The notes below the pieces were generated by a model, which was not told the DNA's origin, ran no database searches, and saw only the letters and a list, made by a program, of their open reading frames with translations. Shown here piece by piece: positions 55,728-64,000 of a stretch of DNA of 64,000 nt (the first letter of the stretch is position 1; each line of letters begins with the position of its first letter). The position numbers and the translations under genes were made by a program. This DNA is from a virus, in IMG/VR virus record IMGVR_UViG_3300047476_000982, positions 32,001-96,000 of that record; one strand, given 5' to 3'.

Positions 55728-58700
55728 TGGAATTAGTTAATATTGAATATAGCGGAAGAGGAAATGACTTAGGACAGCTATCTTCACAAGATAGATCTTT
55801 AGTCACAACTAATTTTATAAATACTTCTTTTGGAAATCCTAGTGATTATTTAGAACTTTTTATTTATGATGAAAATAACTTATTATTATTTTCTGATTAT
55901 AATGCATTTGATTATTATCCTTACTTATTAAATAATCCTCAAAATAATACGTACTCAGCTCTTTCTTTAGATCCTGAAAAAGATTTAAAAAATAGAGGGT
56001 TTTTTAGAGGGGATTTAAATATAAAATATAATTTTTATACAAAATTATTTAATTCTTCATTTGGTACTTACTATTGGATAAAAGAAATTTCTCCATCAAG
56101 AAAAGAAATAAAATTAGCATCTCAAACATTAAGTAATGATATTATAAGAGGGGGATTTCTTTCATACCAATCTTATATTGCTACTAAAAATTATTATCCT
56201 GTATTTTATTTAAATTTTGGAGAAAATCAAATTGTAGCTGCAAACAATGTTGCATATACAGAAGATGATGATGGCTCTTACTTAATAATAAAATTATATG
56301 AACCTTTACCTATTGAGTTTGGATTAAAATCTCAATTATGGATAATAGATAAAGTAGCAGAGTCAGTTAGTTTTAATGTATCTATTACTGTTGAGGCAGA
56401 AAATATACAAGAATTAAATAGATTAAGAGGACCTAACTTTAATGTTCAAATAAATGATAAAAACGGTCAGACTACACCATATTATAATTATAATAACTTA
56501 TTAGCTAGCCCTGTAAGTTCTTCATATCAAAAATTATTAAGTTACTATCAAGATAGATCAGTAGCTATAAATGTAGATTACACTAACTTTTCAAACTTTA
56601 TACATTTCTCAAGTGCAGTAGAAAGAGTAAATAATTTTGTTTATAAAGTAGGATTAATAGAACAATATAAAAATCAACAATATAGCCAATCTTTAGTAGC
56701 TGGTGGATCTGGGAATGTTACTTACGCTGTGAATTCTATAGATGTTTCTCAACAAGCTATAGATAATATAATAGAGAAATTTGATACTTATGAATATTTT
56801 TTATATTTTAATTCTTCAAGTTGGGCATGGCCTAAATCAAACTCAACACAACCATATCAATTATATTCAGTAACATCTTCTCAAGTTAGTAATTTTTTAG
56901 GTTCTGAAAATGCAGTTCCTACAGCTACTACACAATCTTTATTATTTAGTGCATCTTATTATGATTCTACTAATAAAGATCTACTTCATAATTCTATTCC
57001 TCAGTACTTATTAGATGATCCAAATAATCAATCTTTCATTACCTTTATGGATATGATTGGTCAGCACTTTGATAATATTTGGATATACTATAAAGATGTT
57101 TCTAATAGGTATAATGCTACAAATAATCCTGATACAGGAATATCATTAGACGTTGTTGGAGACGCTTTAAGAGGATTCGGTATTCAATTATATACAAATT
57201 CAAACATATCAGATAACCTCTATTATACATTGTTTGGATTGAATACAGATGGATCTTTATTACCTCCGACTGGTTCAGAAAAAATAACTGCAATTGGAGG
57301 AAATTATGTTACTTCAAGTTTAGAAACACTTTCTGCGAAAGAAATTCAGCAGGAATTATATAAAAGACTCTATCATAATTTACCGTACTTACTAAAAAGT
57401 AAAGGTACTGAAAGGGGTGTTAAGGCACTTATAAGTACATTTGGTATTCCTGATAATATTTTAACTGTTAGAGAATTTGGAGGAACTCCAATAGATTCTG
57501 TAGACGGTATATTTGATTTAGATTCTTCTGCTTATAAAGTTACTATTGTAACAGGAAGTAGTGGAAATGTTACTGGTAGTTTAACACTATCGTCATCATT
57601 ATTACATCCTGAAGCAAGTTTACAGTATTATCAAAATATTAATAGAATTAATACTACTAATATAGAAGTTGGATTTTCCCCAGCAGATACTATTAATGAC
57701 AATATAGTTTCATCTGAAGGATATTTTGATATAAACCAACTAATATCTTCTCCTGGATACCAATACTCTTCATCTTATTTGCCTCTTGATGATTTTAAAA
57801 ACACATACTTTAGTAATTATACTGAACCTAATAGTATTTGGGAGTATATAAGACTTATTAAGTTTTATAATAACTCTTTATTTAAAATGATTAAAGATTA
57901 TGTTCCTGCTAGATCAAATTTATCTACAGGCATAATAGTTAAATCTCATATGTTAGAGAGAAATAAATATGCTAGACATGAACCTAGTTCTAGTTTTAAT
58001 GATAATTACTCTCAATCTATAGATACTGCATTTATAAGTGGCTCATCTGCAGGATCTGTTATAGGATCTACTGCATTTACAGGAAGTATAATAACTCCAT
58101 CAGGATCTATACAATTTATAAGCTCAGATGGAATAGAAAAATATAATGGCGAATTTAGTGGTTCTACTATAATAGTTACAGATGGTCAAGCTCTTCCTCA
58201 ATTTGAAATATCACAACTTCCGTCTAGTTCTTTATATGTAACTTACTCATTAGGAGCACTTTATCAAAATGTTACACAATCTGTAAGATCTCAAATTCTT
58301 TTTGATTTAGATTATAATTCAGATCAAATAAAAGCAGTTAATTATGGAATAGTTACTAAATCTATGAATGATGCGCAAATAGATAATTATACAACATATA
58401 CTAATCCAAATAATCCTTATGCGTATGTTCAAGACTATAATTATAATTTAAAAAGATCTGTTATTCCTAGATATAGCGGATCTTATATACAAAGTGCACT
58501 ATATAATGTTTACACAGCAGGAGATATTTCTTATGGTAAAACAGCAACTATAGATAAGATAAAATATCAATATGCTTATTTAGTTGACATATATTCTGCG
58601 TCTTTTCAATTACCTCAAAGAGCTAACGCTCAAATTAAATATTTTATAGACAATAATGAAAATGTATTAGATTTAACTAAATTAAACACTAATATATTTA

Positions 58701-59824
58701 CTACTCAAAATGTATTTAAATCAGGAGAAACTTTAGACGTATCTTTATTTGATTACGATAATACAAATCCTTATATTCAAAAATTAACTAATAATAATAC
58801 ATTTACTATATATGAGGGTGGTTATAGATATAGTCCCACTCTATTTAATGTAGGAGGCAGTGGAAGTATGAATTATGTTTTAGACGAGCCTCTTCAAGTT
58901 GTTAGCTCAGTAACTGTGCCATCTACGACTCCTTTAAATCCTGGTGATACAAATTACTGGACTATAAATAATTCGGATTTAGATTTATATAAGCCTAATC
59001 CTTTTGCACCTTTAATACTATCTGTTACAGCAAGTTCTGTAGTAGGAGGTACTTCAACTGCAGCAGTAAATGTATCATTACAAATAAGAAATACATCGGC
59101 AAGAAATACTATTTATTATTCAGTTCCAGAATTTCAAATTCCATCTGGACTTTCTGTATATCAATTTAGTATAAATTTACCAAGTGGAGTATATTCTGAT
59201 TGGGTTGATGCAGATATAGTCGTTGTTAATAACTTATCAGAAGCTCAATTTAACCCAAATGGAGGAGGAACGGTTGACTCTGTAGAGTTTATAACAAGTG
59301 TAACAGATCAAGACACATGCTGGATTGCAATAGATCCAAGAAATATAAAAATGTCTCTTACGCAATCGGCATATTATGACGCTGGTTTTCTTTTCTCTGG
59401 TAGTTATCCAGGTATAGATACTCCTGTTTTTGATTTTACTTTAAATCAAATGGATTTATTAAGATTTTATAACACTGGAAGTGGATGGTCTATAAATTCT
59501 GAATATAGGGTGCTGTCCGTTCAACCATATATAGATTCGACTGGATCTTACTATAGTATAACTATTGATAGGGATCTTAATTTATCAGATACATCAGGAT
59601 CTTCTTATCCTGCAAAAATTTGTAAGTATATTATTTTAAAAAGATTACCAGATGAAACTAATGTTATATTAAATTATAATTTAGGAACTCCTATAACTCA
59701 AGACGGAGTGCTTTTCCCTCAATATATAGATCCTGTTGTAAGAGATAATTCTGGTAACGTGATTAAGTCATTAAGACAGCAAAATCTATTAGATCCAAAT
59801 ACAAATACATTAATTTTCCAATAA
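55727..59824 (+). CDS. Large baseplate/virion structural protein (1365 aa)
   Basis: IPQYL..D, MIGQHFDNIW, LLKSKGTERGVKALISTFGIP: wedge-like segment. Confidence 0.6.
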   Translation: MELVNIEYSGRGNDLGQLSSQDRSLVTTNFINTSFGNPSDYLELFIYDENNLLLFSDYNAFDYYPYLLNNPQNNTYSALSLDPEKDLKNRGFFRGDLNIKYNFYTKLFNSSFGTYYWIKEISPSRKEIKLASQTLSNDIIRGGFLSYQSYIATKNYYPVFYLNFGENQIVAANNVAYTEDDDGSYLIIKLYEPLPIEFGLKSQLWIIDKVAESVSFNVSITVEAENIQELNRLRGPNFNVQINDKNGQTTPYYNYNNLLASPVSSSYQKLLSYYQDRSVAINVDYTNFSNFIHFSSAVERVNNFVYKVGLIEQYKNQQYSQSLVAGGSGNVTYAVNSIDVSQQAIDNIIEKFDTYEYFLYFNSSSWAWPKSNSTQPYQLYSVTSSQVSNFLGSENAVPTATTQSLLFSASYYDSTNKDLLHNSIPQYLLDDPNNQSFITFMDMIGQHFDNIWIYYKDVSNRYNATNNPDTGISLDVVGDALRGFGIQLYTNSNISDNLYYTLFGLNTDGSLLPPTGSEKITAIGGNYVTSSLETLSAKEIQQELYKRLYHNLPYLLKSKGTERGVKALISTFGIPDNILTVREFGGTPIDSVDGIFDLDSSAYKVTIVTGSSGNVTGSLTLSSSLLHPEASLQYYQNINRINTTNIEVGFSPADTINDNIVSSEGYFDINQLISSPGYQYSSSYLPLDDFKNTYFSNYTEPNSIWEYIRLIKFYNNSLFKMIKDYVPARSNLSTGIIVKSHMLERNKYARHEPSSSFNDNYSQSIDTAFISGSSAGSVIGSTAFTGSIITPSGSIQFISSDGIEKYNGEFSGSTIIVTDGQALPQFEISQLPSSSLYVTYSLGALYQNVTQSVRSQILFDLDYNSDQIKAVNYGIVTKSMNDAQIDNYTTYTNPNNPYAYVQDYNYNLKRSVIPRYSGSYIQSALYNVYTAGDISYGKTATIDKIKYQYAYLVDIYSASFQLPQRANAQIKYFIDNNENVLDLTKLNTNIFTTQNVFKSGETLDVSLFDYDNTNPYIQKLTNNNTFTIYEGGYRYSPTLFNVGGSGSMNYVLDEPLQVVSSVTVPSTTPLNPGDTNYWTINNSDLDLYKPNPFAPLILSVTASSVVGGTSTAAVNVSLQIRNTSARNTIYYSVPEFQIPSGLSVYQFSINLPSGVYSDWVDADIVVVNNLSEAQFNPNGGGTVDSVEFITSVTDQDTCWIAIDPRNIKMSLTQSAYYDAGFLFSGSYPGIDTPVFDFTLNQMDLLRFYNTGSGWSINSEYRVLSVQPYIDSTGSYYSITIDRDLNLSDTSGSSYPAKICKYIILKRLPDETNVILNYNLGTPITQDGVLFPQYIDPVVRDNSGNVIKSLRQQNLLDPNTNTLIFQ

Positions 59825-59827
59825 CAC

Positions 59828-59835
59828 ATATTTAT
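59828..59835 (+). promoter_or_regulatory. ATATTTAT putative late promoter
   Basis: Upstream of the ATG at 59852. Confidence 0.65.
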
Positions 59836-59851
59836 TTAAAAGCCCATTTAT

Positions 59852-60511
59852 ATGTCATATTTAAGTAGCACATCGGTAGTAGTAGATGCAATTCTTACGG
59901 CAAAGGGTCGAGAACTCTTAGCAAGAAACGATGGATCTTTCAGAATTACTCAATTTAGTTTAGCCGACGACGAGGTAGACTATACACTTTATAATCCAAA
60001 CCATCCTTCAGGATCTGCATTTTACGGAGAAGCAATTGAAGCTATGCCAATAATTCAAGCGTATCCTAATGATACAGAAATCATGAAGTATAAATTAATT
60101 ACTCTTCCTAGAGGAACTGCCAAGATCCCTGTATTAGATTTGGGATATTCTGCAATAACTATAAAACAAGGTGCTTCTTTAGCAATTACACCTCAAACAT
60201 TAAATTATTTAGGCGCAACATCTACATTTGAACAATCAGGATATGTAGCTACTATAGGAGATGTAAGAACTATGAGCTCTTTCAATGGTGTTGGAATTAA
60301 CACTCCTGAAGCAACTTCTTTAAATGCTACTACAACTATTGGAACAAATGTAAGTAAAACAGTTATAGGAACAACAATTAACTTGACTGCTACTACTGTT
60401 AATACTTTGTTTGGTTCTAACTCTTCTTTATATACTACATTAGTAGTTGTAGGTCGTGATTCTGGAGCTAGAATTTCTATACCTGTAACAATTATAAAAG
60501 TAAACTCATAA
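59852..60511 (+). CDS. Probable virion structural protein (219 aa)
   Basis: VDAILTAKGRELLA, FSLADDEVDY. Confidence 0.65.
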   Translation: MSYLSSTSVVVDAILTAKGRELLARNDGSFRITQFSLADDEVDYTLYNPNHPSGSAFYGEAIEAMPIIQAYPNDTEIMKYKLITLPRGTAKIPVLDLGYSAITIKQGASLAITPQTLNYLGATSTFEQSGYVATIGDVRTMSSFNGVGINTPEATSLNATTTIGTNVSKTVIGTTINLTATTVNTLFGSNSSLYTTLVVVGRDSGARISIPVTIIKVNS

Positions 60512-60522
60512 TATATTAACAC

Positions 60523-61557
60523 ATGTCATTTACTAGATTAGACTCAACCGATTTTGTAGTATCATCAGATTCAGTTGTAGCACCAGCTTGGAGCAATAAT
60601 GTAACAGAATTAACTGCTTTTTATACCGCAAATCCTGCTACTACAGGTAGTTATTACATAGATATATATGATGGGAATACAAGTTCTCCATCTGCATCAA
60701 TTCAATTTTCAGTAGCATACGGTCATTATGCAGGATCAGGTTCTGCTCCATTAAATTCTTTAGTTACAGGCATCAGTCCTTCTAGAATTACTTTTGGTCA
60801 GTATAGAAATTTAATATATGGAGATGCAGAATCTCCTGTAAATTTTGGTAGTGGAAATACAAATTCTCCTGATTTAGTTGCTATTCAAATAGATAGAAAC
60901 AAATATAAAGAAAGTTTATTCCCTGGTACTTTTAATCTTGCATTATCTTCTGGTGGGTTTAAAATTTTTCTTACTGATGATTCTAATGATGTTAGCACAG
61001 TAACTTATTTAGATGGAGGAAGAGTATTTAATGTAGTATCTGGATCTAATGGTACTGCTCAAAATAGTCCTTTATTATCAGGAGCTTCAGCAAAAGGATA
61101 TACTGTTTCTGGAAGTTACGGATTATTTTTACCTGATATTGGATTGATCTTACTTAATCCAAGAGCCTTATCTTTAGCTAATAATGCTGGCGGATTAAAT
61201 ATTAATTTTAGTACAACTAATACAACTGCTGGTTCTACAACTAATCATAATTTAATTTATACAATTATAAATTCTGGGGCTTCATTTAAATTAAATTCTC
61301 AAGAAACCATATCATCAGATTATATTTTTGTTAGAATTAAAAATGGTGATTATAATTACACTACTAATCCATCATTTATTACAGGTTCTACGGGAGCTTT
61401 GATATATTCTAATTTTATTAATAGTCCTCAAACTTATCCAACTAGCGTAGGTTTGTACAATGATAATAATGAATTACTAGCTGTAGCTAAAATGTCAAAA
61501 CCTCTTACAAAAGACTTTACTAAAGAAGCATTAATAAGAGTTAAATTAGATTGGTAG
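60523..61557 (+). CDS. Probable virion structural protein (344 aa)
   Basis: C-terminal VGLYNDNNELLAVAKMSKP...IRVKLDW resembles tail-collar/baseplate-type C-termini. Confidence 0.6.
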   Translation: MSFTRLDSTDFVVSSDSVVAPAWSNNVTELTAFYTANPATTGSYYIDIYDGNTSSPSASIQFSVAYGHYAGSGSAPLNSLVTGISPSRITFGQYRNLIYGDAESPVNFGSGNTNSPDLVAIQIDRNKYKESLFPGTFNLALSSGGFKIFLTDDSNDVSTVTYLDGGRVFNVVSGSNGTAQNSPLLSGASAKGYTVSGSYGLFLPDIGLILLNPRALSLANNAGGLNINFSTTNTTAGSTTNHNLIYTIINSGASFKLNSQETISSDYIFVRIKNGDYNYTTNPSFITGSTGALIYSNFINSPQTYPTSVGLYNDNNELLAVAKMSKPLTKDFTKEALIRVKLDW

Positions 61558-61580
61558 TAAAATACCTTAACAGTTTATAA

Positions 61581-64000
61581 ATGGGATTATCAAAAAACAC
61601 TCTTGATAGATCAGATATTTCTACTTATCCTATTAAGTTAAAATATTCTGCTTCTTACTCAAGTTCTACTGCCATTAATTATGGAATTACAGCAAATAGA
61701 GGAATTAATACTTCTTTTGATGTAGATGGTAGAGATTTTTTAGTTTATAAACTAGCTAAGCAATTATACTATAATTCTTATATAACTGGAGCTTTAAACA
61801 ACTCTAGTAGTATATGGGATGATAATTTACAATCAACAGCTGCATCAGGAACTTTTGATGACGATTTTAGATTTTTTCCAACTGGATCTGGTGATGAGAT
61901 AACAGTGCTTTGTATACCTTCTATAGTTTTTGGACAAAATATATCTAAGACTACTTTTAGAATATCATCTGCTAATTATAATCTTATAGATGATGGTAAT
62001 GGTAATGTAATAGATACTGATAATGGAAATGTACATGTAGGTAATGTATTATATAGACAGGGAATTTCAGTTATTACTAATCCTGATTATAGATATGCTT
62101 TAATTGAAGCAATTCCAACTACAACAACTACAACTACAACTAGTACAACTAGTACAACAACTACTGTGGCTCCAACTACTACTAGTACAACAACTAGTAC
62201 AACTACTGCTGCCGCAGCATCTATATTATGGGAAAATACTGAATTAGTAAGTCCTTTTATAGATAGTGACTTATTTATAAATGATGATGGCGCAAATATA
62301 GTTGCTGAATATGTTGATAATACTGGAACATTTAATGCATCTGCTGGAAGCTCTATTTATTCACAACAGAATTCAATGGGCGGAACTATAGGTAACTATA
62401 GATTATATGTAAGAAATTTAACTGATTCTATAACATTATATGATAATACATCAACTGCTGGATCATTACCCTCTACTGTAAATAGCTACACTTTTACAGC
62501 AGTATCAGGTAAGTCATACTATGTAAGTGCTTCGGTTTCAGAAATTCCTACAACTACTACAACTACAACTAGTACAACAACCGCGGCTCCAACTACAACT
62601 ACAACTAGTACAACAACTAGTACGACAACAGCAGCTCCAACAACAACTAGTACAACTACTGTTGCCCCAACTACTACTAGCACAACAACTAGTACTACAA
62701 CTGTAGAACCAACTACTAGTACAACAACTAGTACAACTACGGCTGCGCCAACTACTAGTACAACTACGGCTGCGCCAACTACAACTACTACTAGTACAAC
62801 AACTAGTACTACAACTGTAGAACCAACTACTAGTACGACGACAACTAGTACTACAGAAGCACCTACAACTACTAGTACGACAACTAGTACAACTACGGCT
62901 GCGCCAACTACTAGTACGACAACTAGTACAACGACCGTAGCTCTAACTACAACTACAACTAGTACAACTACAAGTACAACTACAGAAATTCCAACTACTA
63001 GTACAACAACTAGTACGACAACTGCAGGACCAACTTGTTGTTATCAATATGAAATAACTAATTATTATACAACATCTAAAACAATATTCTATACAGATTG
63101 TAATGGAACTCCATCTTCTATTTCTGCTCCTGGTAACGGACTTCAAACTTATATAAGTTGCGCGATTGAAGGAAGCATTAGTTTCTCTGAAACTCCTTGT
63201 GATGGTGGAAGTTCTGATTGTATAGCAGTAGTTCAAGCTAACGAACCTTGCGGAGGGTGCGTAAGTACCACAACTACAACCAGCACAACAACTGCAGCTC
63301 CTACAAGTACAACTACTAGTACAACTACAATAGCACCAACAACAACTAGTACAACTACAAGTACAACTACTGTAGAACCATGTGCGGTATGCGGAGATAT
63401 AATTAACGGATCTTATTCTGGTTTAGACTTTACTACTCAAACAAAATGTTTAGACTTAACATCAGCAATTAATGGAGGACAAATTACACTATCATACGAT
63501 GCTATAGATAGACCTAATAGATTTAATATTTATGAAGTTGTTGGTGGAACATTAGTTGCTACTAGTGGTTGGGTTGGATCACCATCATCTACTCCTGGTC
63601 CTTGGAATCCTCCTGGACCTGGAACTGGTACGTTCTCATTTATTTATGATAATACTAAGACTTATGAACTTAGAGTAGATATTGCAGCAGATACTATTAG
63701 TGATACTTGGTCTATTTCAATAACTTGTGGACCTGTACCTACAACTACAACGACAACAACAACTAGTACAACAACTAGTACAACTACTATTGCCCCAACT
63801 ACTACTAGCACAACAACTAGTACGACAACTGTAGAACCAACAACAACAAGCACAACTACGTCAACTACAACTATAGCATGTTATGAATATGTAGCAACAG
63901 CAGATCAAACAGATATAGATAATTCAGATAATGGAACTGTTTATTTTGAATACACTGATTGTGACGGAATAACTCAAACATTATCTAGAGGTACAACCAT
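61581..64000 (+). CDS. Mucin-like Thr-rich modular virion protein; 3'-partial, runs off the window
   Basis: Manual translation from ATG at 61581 (MGLSKNTLDRSDISTYPIKL...), open to the window end; four TTSTTT(A/V)(A/E)P tracts alternate with globular and Cys-rich modules. Absent from the ORF track. Confidence 0.85.
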   Translation, partial: MGLSKNTLDRSDISTYPIKLKYSASYSSSTAINYGITANRGINTSFDVDGRDFLVYKLAKQLYYNSYITGALNNSSSIWDDNLQSTAASGTFDDDFRFFPTGSGDEITVLCIPSIVFGQNISKTTFRISSANYNLIDDGNGNVIDTDNGNVHVGNVLYRQGISVITNPDYRYALIEAIPTTTTTTTTSTTSTTTTVAPTTTSTTTSTTTAAAASILWENTELVSPFIDSDLFINDDGANIVAEYVDNTGTFNASAGSSIYSQQNSMGGTIGNYRLYVRNLTDSITLYDNTSTAGSLPSTVNSYTFTAVSGKSYYVSASVSEIPTTTTTTTSTTTAAPTTTTTSTTTSTTTAAPTTTSTTTVAPTTTSTTTSTTTVEPTTSTTTSTTTAAPTTSTTTAAPTTTTTSTTTSTTTVEPTTSTTTTSTTEAPTTTSTTTSTTTAAPTTSTTTSTTTVALTTTTTSTTTSTTTEIPTTSTTTSTTTAGPTCCYQYEITNYYTTSKTIFYTDCNGTPSSISAPGNGLQTYISCAIEGSISFSETPCDGGSSDCIAVVQANEPCGGCVSTTTTTSTTTAAPTSTTTSTTTIAPTTTSTTTSTTTVEPCAVCGDIINGSYSGLDFTTQTKCLDLTSAINGGQITLSYDAIDRPNRFNIYEVVGGTLVATSGWVGSPSSTPGPWNPPGPGTGTFSFIYDNTKTYELRVDIAADTISDTWSISITCGPVPTTTTTTTTSTTTSTTTIAPTTTSTTTSTTTVEPTTTSTTTSTTTIACYEYVATADQTDIDNSDNGTVYFEYTDCDGITQTLSRGTT
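62118..63873 (+). repeat. Thr/Ser-rich coding repeats (approximately 62118-62210, 62550-63023, 63268-63372, 63742-63873)
   Basis: ACA/ACT/AGT codon runs. Confidence 0.9.

Noticed and set aside
23557-60522. Short antisense or alternate-frame ORFs inside capsid, scaffold, portal, terminase, sigma and baseplate genes
   Set aside because: Fully nested in well-supported genes, with no recognisable motifs or promoter elements.
62943-63853. Track ORFs 62943-63236 and 63662-63853 on the minus strand
   Set aside because: Antisense shadows of the Thr-rich plus-strand gene.
1-64000. Stop-codon reassignment, tRNA genes
   Set aside because: Very long ORFs are intact in the standard code, and TAA, TAG (37054, 61555) and TGA (49776) all end genes; no tRNA cloverleaf was found in the few intergenic gaps.

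Overview
AT-rich segment of a large T4-like (gp23/gp20/gp17/gp21-type) myophage genome. The likely host is Bacteroidota, inferred from a TAnnTTTG promoter box and A-rich starts without Shine-Dalgarno sites. Positions 1-45340 are on the minus strand: a glycosyltransferase-methyltransferase fusion (partial, missed by the ORF track), fibre/adhesin and LamG genes including a 3160-aa Gly-Ser-Ser repeat protein, neck genes, phoH, capsid, scaffold, protease, portal and terminase, a cluster of small Lys-rich proteins and enzymes, an exonuclease and a primase. Positions 45692-64000 are on the plus strand: small genes, an HD protein, a gp55-like sigma factor, baseplate genes and a partial mucin-like Thr-rich protein (also missed by the track). 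Strongest leads: (1) a shared N-terminal MxKLxDILxE-type tag resembling the T4 capsid-targeting sequence, present on small proteins and also on a kinase, a nucleotidyltransferase and a nuclease-like protein, suggesting an injected enzyme payload; (2) a roughly 260-nt structured non-coding RNA candidate at the strand switch; (3) a sense-strand ATATTTAT motif upstream of 14 genes that flips orientation at the switch, next to the phage sigma gene; (4) possible virion glycosylation, given the glycosyltransferase and very large Ser/Thr-rich fibres. All product calls come from motif recognition by eye; no database searches were run.
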